Shown here: positions 49,479-63,188 of the stretch, piece after piece | Numbering within the stretch: position 1 is the stretch's first letter | How the letters are laid out: each line of letters starts with the position of its first letter | NCBI GenBank assembly: GCA_965644295.1 | Contig: CBFFRP010000134.1 | Location: forward strand, 186,001 to 250,000 | DNA length: 64,000 bases | DNA from: Paraphysomonas bandaiensis | Taxonomy: Eukaryota > Protista > Chrysophyceae | Direction of reading: 5' to 3' | Translations under genes and position numbers: made by a program | Notes under the pieces: model-generated | What the model was told of the DNA's origin: nothing | Databases searched by the model: none | What the model saw: the letters and a program-made list of their open reading frames with translations, nothing else

Positions 49479-52400
49479 ATGAACGCTGTGATATTATCCC
49501 TCACAGTCATACATGCCACTAGAATGCTGAATTCCTTAACATCCATACCAATCCACAATATCCTACATCCTAATTTACATATCTACTCCACTATAGGGTC
49601 TGCATACAGTGTATGTAGCTGTATGGACTGGACTATCATACATACTGAACAAGACACGCTATGTTCGATATGTACAACAAATCACACAATGTTTACAAAT
49701 AAAAAGATTGAATTATTAATAAATAAAAGAAATCAAACCATCATAATTCCATATATAAAGAATAATATGATGAAACAGATGTGTATTGGTAGCATTAATG
49801 ATAGCACTGTATTAACTATAGGAGATCATGCATCTACTTCTCATATATGTTCACCAACAATTAATATTATGCGGCCTGTTATCTTTGATGTATACTTACT
49901 ATCTGATTGGTATACTATTGGATTGATAATGAACGAAACCTCAACACATTCATCTCGTTGGCCCTCTATATGCTCCAGTTTAGAGATTGCATTGTCACCT
50001 AATAGTTTAGGTAATAGCGAGAATATTTTTGTGACAATAACTGGAAATGATCGGAAGGTATCGTCATTGCCCTATTGGTTGAACCTGTGTGGTTTACAGG
50101 GATTGCCAGTGACGGTTTATCAACGAAACAGGCGATATATTGAATCGTATGGCTACTGCACTGTCCAGCGGGTGGAGAATCTAAATCAAGAGAGTATCGA
50201 ATCTCCAGCGTCATTGTTGTGTCTGGAAGATGTTATGCGGTTGTTATTACCATACCCCTTGCAGGAATCTAAAATGATATATGCTTCTGCACTTGGTATT
50301 GATGTAATATCTGGGAAAACAAACGTTAGCAGTTCATTGTTCATCGCGGAGTTGGGTGGTGTCCTAAAAACACTTCAAGATATTCAGACAACGGGTGGTG
50401 TAATAGAGGTCCGGTCAATGTGGAGATCACTTGTTGAAGAATTATTGATTCTGGATGAAGATGTATCTGTTATTCGGGAACTAACAACTGCTGTCGTAAG
50501 CGCGGAGAGTTCTGAACAATGGGAGGAGTCATTTTCGAACTTAGTTGTAGCATGGGGTGAATTATTTGGAGTAGGAGACACATCTACAACTAGCGAAACC
50601 AGACATCTACGCAATAGGTACAGGCTACTGGAAGGAATGCATATTCTGTCGAATAAGTATTTCCTTGAAGCGTGTTCAGGGCGTATTGAATTCTATCTTT
50701 GTTTGAGTGGTGAGGCCAGGAGGCAGATTGGAAATTTGATTGCTTCGTATGGACAATTTATACATGACTCGGTGCCTCTCGGTAAGCATCTAGCGCTAGC
50801 TCTGACAGCACTGGGAAGTTCTATTCAGAACTCCTTTGCTCCACGGAAACAATGCTTGTCCAGGGACCACTTTAAGCCTACGTCACCACCCCTCCACCGG
50901 TTTCTCTCGTTTTCAACAATCCATGTAATGATATATATCTCCACTGCCGACCATGGAGAAGTAGTTAACCACCTTCAACATTGGAGAGTCTCATGTCCTA
51001 GCTGTGCGATTGTGACACTGTATTCGATTACCACTCTAGATGGTATAGAATCGGGCCGCGAAGGGGAACATATGCGGGAAGTTGTACTTCACCTGGAGGA
51101 TTATTTGCGTCACGTGGCAGTGGAACCTGACATTGTTGTTGTGCTTTTGGGCTTGGAGAGTGTGAAAGCCTTCAGGACTCCTGGAGGCACGGGGATTATA
51201 CCAGAAGTAGTTATTGGCGAGGATAATAATTTTCGACTCCACTCTCCTCTTCTTGTTGCCGCTTCTTGTGCGATTCCTCCCTCTGTGGACAGTGAATGTC
51301 TATGCACTCTAGATGTTCGTGCCTTGGCGGCCACTGTCCCGGAAATGTGGAATGTGCTTGAAGCTATATCGATAAACCCATTGTCGAGCTATACTAGCGA
51401 TGCTATTAGACATGCGTTAGAAGAATATATTATATTGAATTCAGATAGCGTTCTTTTGGACGGTGATGGCACCTTTTTTGACTTTAATATCATGACCCAA
51501 GATTCAGCAGTAGATATTTCGTCGAGATACGAAGATTATACAGTTCAACTCAAGCAGGTGGAGGAGGATATTGTAGGTATATTAAACAGTTCGGACACGT
51601 GGATGGTGGGTAAATTTATGCTAGTTTGATATTTGTAACTCTTTCAGCAGAGCCTGTTTAAGGATAGAATATTAGATGGATTTCTTAAAGGCAATTATAT
51701 GGTTGCCTTGTATCTGGCACAATTTGTGTTTTTGTTCGCGCCACAAAGTGTCTTGTATTCAACGATAAATATCATTCACCAGGTGCGCAAGCTCTGATTT
51801 CTTGAATGAATTGTAGTCATTCAAATTAATAGATACCACGTACTCTTAAGTTTGTTTCTGACTTGACATCTGTGGAGGAGAAGCTGGCTGCAATCGAGTA
51901 CTTGGAAAGCGCTAGTGTTAGCATTCTTGACATCAATCCTTATGGTATACGCGTCTCTCACCCTGAAAAGTTCGCTTTGATGTTTAAGACAGATCTTGAG
52001 TGTTGCGGCGATGACCTCGTGCTAGCTAAAGAGCATATTATACATATGAGATTGAGTATGCTAAGGGCGATAGAAGGTTTTTATCTGGATTTAGGTAAAA
52101 TATGTAAGCTTGAAATTCGGCATCTATAACTTTGGAGAAGGAAACTGGAATACGGTTGTAGATAGATATAAAGATCGCATGCCTCCTCCCACCTACGATG
52201 AGGTACGTATGGCAAGGAAGGAATGGTATTCCCAGCGCCAATCTCTAACGAGATTACCGAATGGCGAAATCAAGACGCACTATTTCACTTATGCCAATGA
52301 ACATAGAGATGGCCTCGTAAGCCTTGTGCGTAGTGCATTATTTAGCGATATAGAAGTGCAGGTATGTGGACCGCAATATTGCTTATATGCTGTAATTATG

Positions 52401-53275
52401 ATGTGCAGATTGTGGGTATGGGTGAGAAATGGAGTGGTTTCTGGCAGAAATTCAGAGGGTATTGGAATGCAATTGATGATTCAGATATTATAGATGATGA
52501 CGTTATTGTACTGATTGACGCATATGATGTGCTATTGTTTCCACAAGCGAAGCGTATAGGGGAGGTAAGTTGTGTATGAGTGAAATCATTACAGCATATG
52601 AGTACTACACAGGTTCTTGAGGTATCCCAAACCGCTATTGTAAGTTGTGTTGAAAACGGTGTCCATATCGACAAAGCAAGTGCGTTGAATTATTCTTCAT
52701 ATTAGCAATGAAATTTATTCTATAAATTCACGATGTAGGTGCCTGGTACTACAGTCGAGGTGGTACTACAGAAAATATTTTCAACGCAAAGTTTATAAAC
52801 AGCGGGTGCATAGCAGGAAGAGCGGGCCAGGTAATAAGTTGTTTACGGATATATTTGTTGTATCTAACATATTTCTGCAGATAAAGCAGTTTCTTCTAGA
52901 CGCTCTGGATCGCATGAGTTTTGATCCGGACGATCAGACAGCAACTATGTCATATTCATTTCGAAATCCCCATGTTCTTTCGCTGGATATGGAGCAAAAC
53001 ATGTTCTTGTGTGCATATAAAGAATCGCCCAAGTCGTTTGCAGTCCGAGCCGAAAGTTGTAATTTAGAATTTAATGGTAACTATACAAGTGCAGGCATTG
53101 TACATATGAATGGTGCCACTTACAAGATAATGTCGGAGAGGTACTAAGCTACTATCTGTATTTTATGTCCGCTGCTAATTACTTCTTGCTTTGCTTCAGA
53201 CTGCTTTCTGCTTTGGAATTATGTATGTCAGGACAAGGCCGTGAAAACTATCAGACCATGGAAGCAGCACAATGA
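49479..53275 (+). CDS. Large protein with a C-terminal PLOD/LH3-type GT-A glycosyltransferase-like domain, multi-exon
   Basis: 716-aa first exon. Later exons give VQIVGMGEKWSGFWQK, VIVLIDAYDVLL (DxD-like), KFINSGCIAGRA, DDQ and IVHMNG. Confidence 0.7.
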
Positions 53276-54091
53276 AGCTATTTTTCATAGTAATATCTAT
53301 ACTCGGTCTATTTTAGCTGTGCTACAAGGATAATGGATATTGCTATGTGACGGGAGATTGCTATTGCATATAATGCATATAGATAGTGTGTTACTTTTGT
53401 GTTATTTTACTGTGGTAAATTTTCTTTGAATATGGCAATGTGTTATTGCTATCGATAGAATGTATTAAATGTAACTATAATTTGATCTTATAATATTAAC
53501 ATGCGCTGATCTTATGTGAATACACAAATTTTATGTGCAGTGTGGAATAAAATTAATTTGCCATGAAGTAGATGTTGTCATTATATGTATTGTAGTACAA
53601 AAAACTATTAAGATTTCTTTACTTCTGTAGGCACTTTCGTGAGTAGATAACAATATTGGTTGTAGGTGTTCTGATTGGAGTTACTTGTAACTGCACACCG
53701 ACTTACTCTGTACTATGTGCAGTTTTCATTCTACATATGCGCAATACTTTTAGAACCATTTAATTTAACAGAAAACTATGAGAGCTACCGTTGTTTCTGA
53801 TATTAAAGTTAAATTAGGAAATTTTATAGTTATTTTGTTATTTTAGTATACTATAATGTATAATATACCCTCAACAAAGTCGGATTCGCACCTTTTCGTG
53901 GTGTTATGGGGAATAAAAACCGGAGATATTTCGCCGGGAGACTAACGTGAGCCGCATAATATATAGTCAGCAAATATTGTTCTGCCCACTCCTTGCCAAA
54001 CGGCTTCTGTGGTGGTACAAGGGACACTAATTAGTGTCAAGTTGTGTAGACGTCATTGGGCCTTAAGTCGATGTGATGATGACCAAAGCTG

Positions 54092-56651
54092 ATAAGGTTT
54101 TTTTGCGGCCCGCCAGGGCCCTCGGCCCTCGCGGGCCCGCGGCCCCCCGCGGGCCCTCTAAAATTAATTTTTTTCAGTTTTTGCCTCCTGAAGATTTTGA
54201 TTTGTTATATTATTTCAGTTATTGTCTTTTAAAGATTTCGAGTTTTGAAAAAACTAATGTGATTAGTTTTTAATTTCGACTTTTTGAAAACTTAATACAA
54301 ATTCATTAATAATTTTGTCATCAAGCAGGCGATTAATAATGCATGATTCTAATTCAGAAGAATCAGGGAGAAAAGATAGTTGTAATAGCGATGATCTCCC
54401 TACAACTTTTCAGTGGGAAGGTTTCAGATACACTATCAAGCAGAGGAAGAGGCTTCAAGATGGTTCGGTATAATATATTCTCTATCAGTAAGCCACTGAT
54501 CCATATATTTAGGAAATTTGAAGGGTTATTATCGGTGCTCAAAACACCGGAAAGGAAGAACATGTGGCTGTCCAGCTAAATTGACAATTCTTGTTCACGA
54601 GCAAGCAGAAGAATCTGATGAAAAACTGATAATTTCAAAGGGGAAAGAGGAGCACAAATGTGGTGCCGCCATCTTTATATTGCCTTCAGATTCACCAACA
54701 TCTGATGATAATTCCAAGGAGAGGTCGTCGTTTTGTAAAGGTGTATATGACGCAAGTGGTGAAATGAAACAACTTTGTGAAGCAATGGCGTTGAAAGATG
54801 TTTCGAAGTCCTCCATTGCGATTGCAAATGAAGTTGCGGAAACAACGCGAGCGAAATATAAGCAGCTCGGTGAGAAAATTGATATTTTTTTGTTTTTGCT
54901 GTTTTCACTTCATTTTCTTTTGCTTATTTCGGTAGGAATGCCATATAGATATCTCGAAACGTCGAAACTCAAAGCTTTGGTGTATCAGTGTAGACGTTTA
55001 GAGTTCAATGATTGGGAAGGAATTATATCGTCGTATCCGCTTGTGAACTGTGCTGATGACGACGAGAGACTATTTTTACAGTTCAATACTTCAATCAATG
55101 TTAGCAATCAGATGCAGAAGATAATTGGCTTTGCACATCCTGATTTAATCAATATTGTAAAGGGTGGTCCGGTCCATCTGTTTATAGACTGTACTTTTAA
55201 ATGTGTGCCAAAGGGATTTTCTCAGTGTCTAGTAATTATGATATATGACTACGCCTCGTCCCTATACATTCCTGTATTTTATATATTGCTGCAATCGAAG
55301 TTTGAAGAAGTGTATTCCATGGCTCTTTATTTGAGTAAGGCCTCAACAGATTTCATGATGGAGATCATCAATGGCTCAGTGGATTTCGAGAAGGGTCTGA
55401 TGAATGCTATCAAACGGAACTTTGAGGGCAAGCCTGTAACTGGATGCGCGTTTCACTGGAAGCAAGCAATCCGTAGGAAATTGTTCAGCCTGGGTATTCC
55501 CGATGAGGTGATTACGCCATTGATGAATAAAACTGGTCTCATCAACATTCTATTAACAATTCCTATTGAAGATATTGAGCCTAAAGGGATACCATATGTG
55601 CGCCAACATTTTGACGAAGGTGTTCACCGAGCCAAGTTTGACATATTCTGGAAATACTTCGTGAAGACCTGGATGCTCTCGTACGATCCTAATGATTGGA
55701 ATGTGCATGGCATTGTAACAGACGAGTCATCAACATCCCGCTTGATTAATAGAACCAACAATCCACTGGAAAGGTTTAACAGAAAGCTGAACGAGGCTTT
55801 TCCCACTGCGCATCCTTCCGTGGTGTTATATGTGAGTACTATTCGGAAGCTAAGTCAAGAATACGTCGAACTTCGAAACAAAATTCTCAGGGGTCATGCA
55901 TCCCGGCCGAAACATCTGCCATTCCAGCAATTCACATTGCCAGAGGACTACGCTGCATTTGAAATGGACAGGTCAGTCCAAAGGACTAAGTTTGCGCAGC
56001 TCAACCAATACAAGTTTTTGATTGGGAAGAGCCACTATGATCCTGAGGATGGGTGCATGTACGAGGTGGTGAGAGTTGGATTTTACGAGGGGTCCATCGT
56101 TGGCTATCGCGAGCAGTGCCGACTGCAGAATGGATATGTTGTCGATGTACCCACTGATGATTGTATTTCAATTGAGGAGATAGTGAAATACACTGGATGT
56201 GGCAAGGAGTCTACAGTGACAGCCGAAGACTGTGCTTTCACCGAGGAGATTGAGACATGCTGTGTTGCCGCCGGCAGGGCTCAGACCGGCGCCAAACGCC
56301 GGAATAGGGCCGGTGGGGCCGGCCCCGGCGTTGTTTAGGGGCGGGGGCCTGGGGGCAGTGGACGCCGGCTCGTAGAGTCGAAGCGTGGGGAGCCCCCAGC
56401 TCCGAAAAATGTTTTGGTATAAAGTTGCTCTTGCTTAAGATATTAATAACTCTTGCTAAATTTGACCCTTTGCTTTGTGCGTAATACTGCCCTTTGCTTT
56501 GTGCGTTATTGTTGCTTGTGGTTGTAGTGTGTGTTGTGTGTGTTTTTAATTAAGAATTATTGTTATTATTGTTAGTTGTAGTAGAGGGCCAAATGCGGGC
56601 CGAGGGCCCTAGCGGGCCGAGGGCCAAAAAGGGCCAAAATTAAATTTTTCC
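54092..56651 (+). mobile_element. Mutator-like element (MULE), apparently complete
   Basis: 9-bp TSD CCAAAGCTG at 54083-54091 and 56652-56660. GC-rich imperfect subterminal inverted repeats built from GGCCC/GGGCC units. Confidence 0.92.
54339..56338 (+). CDS. MULE transposase with an N-terminal FLYWCH/WRKY-like zinc finger
   Basis: WEGFRYTIK...YYRCSKH..CGCPAKL, LFIDCTFKCVP, VDFEKGLMNA, GCAFHWKQA (CxxH) and RTNNPLERFN. Predicted introns at ~54462-54511 and 54870-54935. Confidence 0.92.
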
Positions 56652-58088
56652 CCAAAGCTGCCAATGGTGAAACGGTCAAACCCTGGTAAAATTTTGAAAA
56701 TGTCAATTTAAGTTGAGTTTTTGATGCAGTAGGTGTGAAGAGAACGTGTTTTAAATGACATTTAATAAGTTTTATATTAGTTACAGATCAAAAACGTGAG
56801 AGTGTAACGGTTACACTATACATGATGATATATATATATGCGTACTATAGTATACAAAGTTCTGTTGACTAATTATTAAAAATACTTAAAAGCGATAATA
56901 AACAGAACTTCTGGCACATTCGCTAGTAATGATAGATGCAGAATCAACTCACCTATCTCTACCAACCACTCCTTAGTGGGTTTCTCAATATAACCTCACT
57001 TTTACTGGAAGGGATGTGAGGCTTACCCTGGTAGTTTTCATCTAGCTATTTATCTGGTGCAGATTCTTGACGCATATTGCTAATAATAAGACTTGTGTAG
57101 ACGACTTTGAGCCTTGACGAATTAAACAGGCATCCGGGAATAGGCGAAAACCTCATATGGGCATCCGAATTATTGGGTTGCCTGCTGAAAAGTCAAGCAT
57201 CCGGGCTGGTCACCTTAAGGACTCAAAAATCCTGAAGTTAGCAGATGTCTCAACATGCTTTCTCACGTTTGCATTAAGTGATAGAACGGAGGTGGATGTA
57301 CCTTGAAACTTTGGTGACGTACAAGCAGCCTTCGTAGCGCTAAATAGGAAAAGTATCTCCGGTACTTATCCCTCTTAACACCATGAAGAGGTGATGATCC
57401 GACTTTGTTGAGGGAGTGATAGAACATGTTATTGAACGTTGTCAAATTGACAAACTTCTCTAGTTACAATAACGTTTGGTATTGGCCTCATCAATATAAT
57501 ATAATATATATGATTCAAACCTAATCATATAAGACTATTGCATAGAGCTACGCATTATCACAGGTGAAACTGTATTTTATCCTCATCATCGGAAATTTAA
57601 CACTACGTTCCAGCTCGCCCTCTGCAATATCTTGCTGCATACCAAATTATATTAAATTAATTTATATAATGCTCATGAACCATCAGTTTCATTATGATAC
57701 TGAGAAAAGCATGCCAGGACATCTAGTATACAAAATAAGTGTTAGTAATAACCAATCACTTGCTATAAAACAGTCTAACTACATAATATATTGCGTGAAA
57801 TGGCAATGACCACAGTGACCACGCTATAAAAATCACGCGCGCAATTAATCTGGAGTCATCTGCAACACATATCAAACATGACAGCGTAGAGGTTTTGGTC
57901 ATTATGTGATCTTATTAACTACAGTATTAAAAATGTAATTTACGCATGTATTTAAGTACTGACTAATGATATACGGTATACTAATATATCGCAAATGTAT
58001 TATCTATATGTTGAGAGAAAACTGCAATAGTACCTGCAGGTTCAGTCAACGTACAGCATGACAAGTGAAAGCAGTGATCTAACTCTAC

Positions 58089-59212
58089 CAGGGATAGGGA
58101 ACAATATATTGTATTGCAATATATTGTACAATATATTGCAATATATTGTAAAATATATTGATTGGTGGACTGGTCAAATATTCCATCAATAGTGTTTCTG
58201 TTAATAGAGCTCACAATACTATTGCAATATATTGCAATCAATATTATGATAGTCATATAAGAGAAGATCCTCAACTGTATGGTGCAAAATATACGCCTCT
58301 GTATACAAATATCCGGAAAATAAGAAAAAAAGCCTATTTTTGATGTTATTTTCTATTTTTTATGTATCGCCAGCTCAAACAGCACTCTACACCTCTCCAC
58401 ATGTATGTACAGTACTTCTCTTAATATAGTATATATATCCTATAGTGACAAGAAGAGACAACTGAATGATGAGTGCATACAAGAGTAGGGACATTTACCG
58501 CTGTTTTTGGAGTCCGGTCGAAGGTGTCCCGAACAAACACGAGTGTAAAATCTGCGGACGTAAACGACAACAGAATATTCGGAATGGATACAACAATCTA
58601 AAGGATCTAAAGACAGTGATTATTGCAACAATACAGAGGATGATGAAGCTGAAGTTGGCTATGCGGAAAAAATTCTTCAATCAGCTCAAAAACTTAAGAA
58701 GCGAAAAGTTGAAATATCTAAGTACAGGTGCACGAGTCATGTAGTATGTACTTCCAATACGTGTGAACGCCTGTTCAGCGCAGCAAAACTGATTATATCA
58801 GTGTTGCGCAAACGTATGCATCCTACTACACTTAATATGCTGTTGTTTCTGAAAGCTAACCGACAGTTGTGGCCGGATGCAAGCATATTTCAATCAATAT
58901 TGAATGAATATGGTGATGATGATGTCACCGATGATGGCTCAGAGGATGAGTATGAGGAAACTTTTAATTAGTTAAGAGTAGTGGGTTTGATTATCAAGTG
59001 ACCTTAGACCTTATAAAATATGGCAAGTACTAAAAATGAAAACTACGGATGTGTTTACTTACTGATTAGTCATACTAATATATTGCAATATATTGTACAA
59101 TATATTGCAATATATTGCAATAGTATTGTAGGGCCGGTTTAAAAAATCCATCAATACTATTGATGGAACGCTACCTAACAATAGTATTGCAATATATTGT
59201 TCCCTATCCCTG
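58089..59212 (+). mobile_element. Non-autonomous hAT element, family A, copy 2 (1124 bp)
   Basis: Same TIRs as 25601-26400, with 8-bp TSD AACTCTAC. Retains a BED-finger remnant (HECKICGRKRQQNIRNGYNNL) and a dimerisation remnant (TSNTCERLFSAAK). Confidence 0.93.
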
Positions 59213-59840
59213 AACTCTACTACTACCATACTGAAACGCTTAAGACTACACATCTATTTTGTGCAATTAGTATCGGATAGCAATTAGTAATTTTTGCTTG
59301 CTACAATATTTTTTATTTCTGCTGGCAATATATTGCAATATTGTTAACTAGCCCTGTTTACATGACTTCACTAATATTATTGATGGGGTGGCAGTTAACA
59401 GTAGTATTGCAATGCAAGTATTGTTCCCTACTAGCATTGGTGAATACTATAAACTATAAACACTTAGTTAAACTCTAATTGGTAATTAATGATGAGGTCT
59501 TCAATCTAGTTGACTAGTTGGTAGTTATATCAACATTGTCGTGCGTATGGTTGAATAGTTCAATGTATTAGATATGGTTGAATAGAGTACACTCTGAATA
59601 CAAATATACACAAACTATTAAACTGAAACTTATTTAAGATACTAGTATACGATTATCAATATAGAGGACCGCGGGATGGTATACCTGTGTATGTATACTA
59701 CACGTAGGAGATATATAGAAAAACAGAGTATGAGGGGTATGATATATGGGTATATAGGGAGGGGTGTGTATGTATAGACTATACCATATGACTTATATAT
59801 GGATGTATATGGATGAATGGAGCTATAGAGAATAGTGTAG

Positions 59841-60295
59841 ATTGAGTGAAGTGAGAGTGTGGACCAATAAGAGATCTGGATATGATGATACAGTACTCTA
59901 ATATGGTCACTTCAATATCGATAGAATTGAGTGAAGTGAGAATGTGGACCAATAAGAGATCTGGATATGATGATACAGTACTCTAATATGGTCACTTCAA
60001 TATCGATAGAATTGAGTGAAGTGAGAATGTGGACCAATAAGAGATCTGGATATGATGATACAGTACTCTAATATGGTCACTTCAATATCGATAGAATTGA
60101 GTGAAGTGAGAATGTGGACCAATAAGAGATCTGGATATGATGATACAGTACTCTAATATGGTCACTTCAATATCGATAGAATTGAGTGAAGTGAGAATGT
60201 GGACCAATAAGAGATCTGGATACGATGATACTCCAATATGGTCACTTCAATATGGTATATAGTACTTCAATATAGATGGATTGACTGAAGTGAGT
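59841..60295. repeat. Tandem repeat, 85-bp unit, about 5 copies
   Basis: ATTGAGTGAAGTGAG starts at 59841, 59926, 60011, 60096 and 60181. The last unit is degenerate. Confidence 0.97.
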
Positions 60296-60430
60296 GCTGA
60301 GGTTACACTCTGCTGACACCTCCAATAAAGGCTCTATCATTTTGTTTGATATTCATGATCATAGCAGTAGTAGCTGTTATTCTTTTCAATAGATGTTGCT
60401 CTCTTTAGTATGTATGTATGTAGGCATATC

Positions 60431-60581
60431 CGTCTCGGCATCCTTTGTATATTTTTGTTCAAAGATGCCTCTAATATTGAGATAACAATTATGTGTATTG
60501 CAGCCGTATTTATACTGCAGTTATATAGAATATATTTGCTTCATTTTATTACCGAAAAATAAGATGCTGACTGCCCATACT
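60431..60581. mobile_element. ~150-bp MITE-like dispersed repeat, copy 2
   Basis: Collinear with 14246-14396 (CGGCATCCTTTGTATATTTTTGTTCAAAGATGCCTCTAAT...AAGATGCTGACTGCC). Confidence 0.7.
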
Positions 60582-61071
60582 TCCGGATATCATATTGAGC
60601 ACTAGGTATCATGTGCTGATATACGAGCGAAGTATGTATTGATGATATTTTGTTGAGTAAAAAAATAATTATTACAAAATTACTGAAAATATTGTCCGCA
60701 AAAAAATAAATTTTGTTTATACATTATCTTATACATTATACCAAGAAAAAACGACTCTTTGGATACCCACAAAATTATTTATGTACAATTGTGTGTGACG
60801 ATGTGATCTGATATCAAAATCACTACAAAAATTACGTATACAACAACAACAACAACAAGTGCCAGCTCTGGAGACTTGAGTTGTACACACTCATCAACAG
60901 CACAGGCAGGTCATATATATGATAATCTGCTATACAATCCCATCCTATTCATCTAATAGTTATTAATAGTATTAAGAATAACAATAATTTCACTGCAAAT
61001 GTATCAAATACCTTTATATAATACATAGAGATATATCCCTTTAGTAGTATCATTGATTGATGTATTAAAGG

Positions 61072-61949
61072 ATGACATCATCGTGTTTACTTCTTGGAGG
61101 AACATTTGCTTTTTTTATTCAATTCTTATTAGCATTAATATGTTTTCTTACACTTGTTGTGAAAAGACATTTCGAATATCCAAAGAGGGATATATTGGTA
61201 TGGACAATGGATGGAATGAAACAAGGGGTTGGTTCAGCTACTGGACACTTTGCAAATATTATACTGTCTGGAGTATTAGCTAAAGGATTAGTTGACGGTG
61301 ATGAGTGTCAATGGTACTGTCTCAATTACCTCACTGATGCGACATTTGGGGTTACATTTAATGTTAGCGCTTTGATGTTCATAGAAGCAGTTTCGTCCAA
61401 ACTTTTTTTGTCAGATATGCGCTGGTTTAATTTCGGAGAGTATGGTGACCCACCGTCGGTAAGCGTGTGGGCCGTGCAATTGTTAGTGTGGCTCTTTATT
61501 GTGCTTAGTGGGAAGGTTGTTATTTTCTCCATATTCTTTTTCCTCTCGCACTACGTTGATGAATTTATTAGATCCCTCTTTAGTATATTTGATGGTCATC
61601 CTAAGGTTGAACTTGTATTTGTGATGATAATTATTCCTTTTATCCTCAACATTTTTCAATTTTGGGTGCAAGATTCATTTTTAAAGCAGAAATCAGAAGA
61701 TATGGCTCATGAAAGTAATTTAGACAAGGCAAGTAAATATGCTTAAGTGTACGTGTTTTCTGATTCGAATTTCAGAGCTTGAGGAATGGTCTACTTGATA
61801 CTTCTCCAAGGGGCGCAACTAGCAGACCAGTTGTGAGAAACTCTGGGGGACCAGTCCTCTCAAATTCTTACAACAGTTGGCAACAGTCAGAAAATTTACT
61901 ATTAACAGCATCAGACTACCATGAAGATGATGAGGATTGGGAGTTGTGA
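61072..61949 (+). CDS. TMEM110/STIMATE-family multi-pass membrane protein
   Basis: CLLLGGTFAFFIQ, KRHFEYPKR..VWTMDGMKQ, HFANI, DECQWYCLNYLTD, FGEYGDPPS, PKVELVFVMIIIP and QFWVQDSFLK. Probable GC-AG intron at 61729-61775. Confidence 0.9.
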
Positions 61950-62265
61950 AGCAACCTCATGCATCATCGTCGGAGTATTGCATTGTTCGTAACATCGTAA
62001 ACACTAGTGTGAATTTTATTACGTTACCTAGAATTTATGAGATAATGTACGCATAAGTAATTTGTACCATTTATTATAAGAAATAGTATCCTTAAGCTCT
62101 TATTGCAAGGGAATCATTTTGATTGAATAATTATGAATTGCTGCAAGGGGCAGCCAAAGAGCTCCTGCAACACTACACATTGTGATCAAATAAATAATTA
62201 GATTCCTTATACTTGTATCTAGAAGCCCTATATCAGAAGTAGTAACAGAAATCGAATATATTAAA

Positions 62266-63188
62266 TTACAACTCTCTATTACGATTTTCTAATCTATTGA
62301 GCTGATCCTCCATTGCTTCCAATATATCATTATCGACTATAATTTGTGTGAGCATAAGGACAAGTGTATAAAATAGTACCATGTAAAGCAAAAAACTAAG
62401 CGCCTGATACAACGGTGGTGACATCGAAGTGGTATTAGACCCTGTCATAACGGGGGCACTACGTGCTCCACCACCGTGAGCACTAAAGTACACCATACCC
62501 GGCCCTGTCACACGTAGCATAACCCCTTGTGCTCCATATAATGCATATGGCATACTCGGTAATTGTGATATACAAACCGCACATGTGTCTTCAAAGGCGA
62601 CAGCACACCAAAAATTCATAGTAAGAACTTCTCCTGCTGCAAGCTGCTTGCACATTATTTCCCCACCTGATTGCAGAAACACTTGACTATGATCTGTCAC
62701 TTTGCAATACCTTAGAGAGACTAGACGTTTGTAAATATGAGGTACCGATGCATACCCCAGTAGCATATTTCCTGCTTACAGCAGTGAAAACGGTAAACCG
62801 CACACATAATCAACGAACCTGTATCTGGAAGACGACGTGTCTCAACGACTGTGTTGCTATCACAACACAAAAACGAATCCTTGAAACAATATAACTTAGC
62901 TCTGTTATTGGTCCCATATTTTAAAGGGAATATACGACCACTGAGTGGCATTGCCAAGCCAACGTATCCCGCAGTGGAGGATTTATTGATTAAGTACAAT
63001 CCTTCATTCTTCCAGAAAAGAGCGGCTAGAAACGAGTCTGTTTTCTCAATAGAAATATTATCAGAGAGCCAACAGAGTGTTGACCCCTCTACATATAGCA
63101 TATCATTAGAGGATAATACAATCTGTAAACATTGTTGATCTTCTCCACTTATTTCATACTGTAGTTCAGTGTGTGTATCGTTATCCAT
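62266..63188 (-). CDS. AIM24-family protein with a C-terminal hydrophobic segment, one probable intron
   Basis: QYEISGEDQQCLQIVL, YCFKDSFLC, VFLQSGGEIMCKQLAAGEVL and MLRVTGPGMVY. Confidence 0.75.

Larger units (their letters stand above)
53868..57414. mobile_element. Outer degenerate TIR element (~65-bp imperfect TIRs) hosting nested insertions
   Basis: CCCTCAACAAAGTCGGAT...TGGTGTTA...ACCGGAGATA at 53868-53930 is the inverted match of 57352-57414. No TSD was found. Confidence 0.65.

Noticed and set aside
59841-60295. CRISPR-like array
   Set aside because: The units are identical end to end with no unique spacers, there are no cas genes, and the context is eukaryotic.
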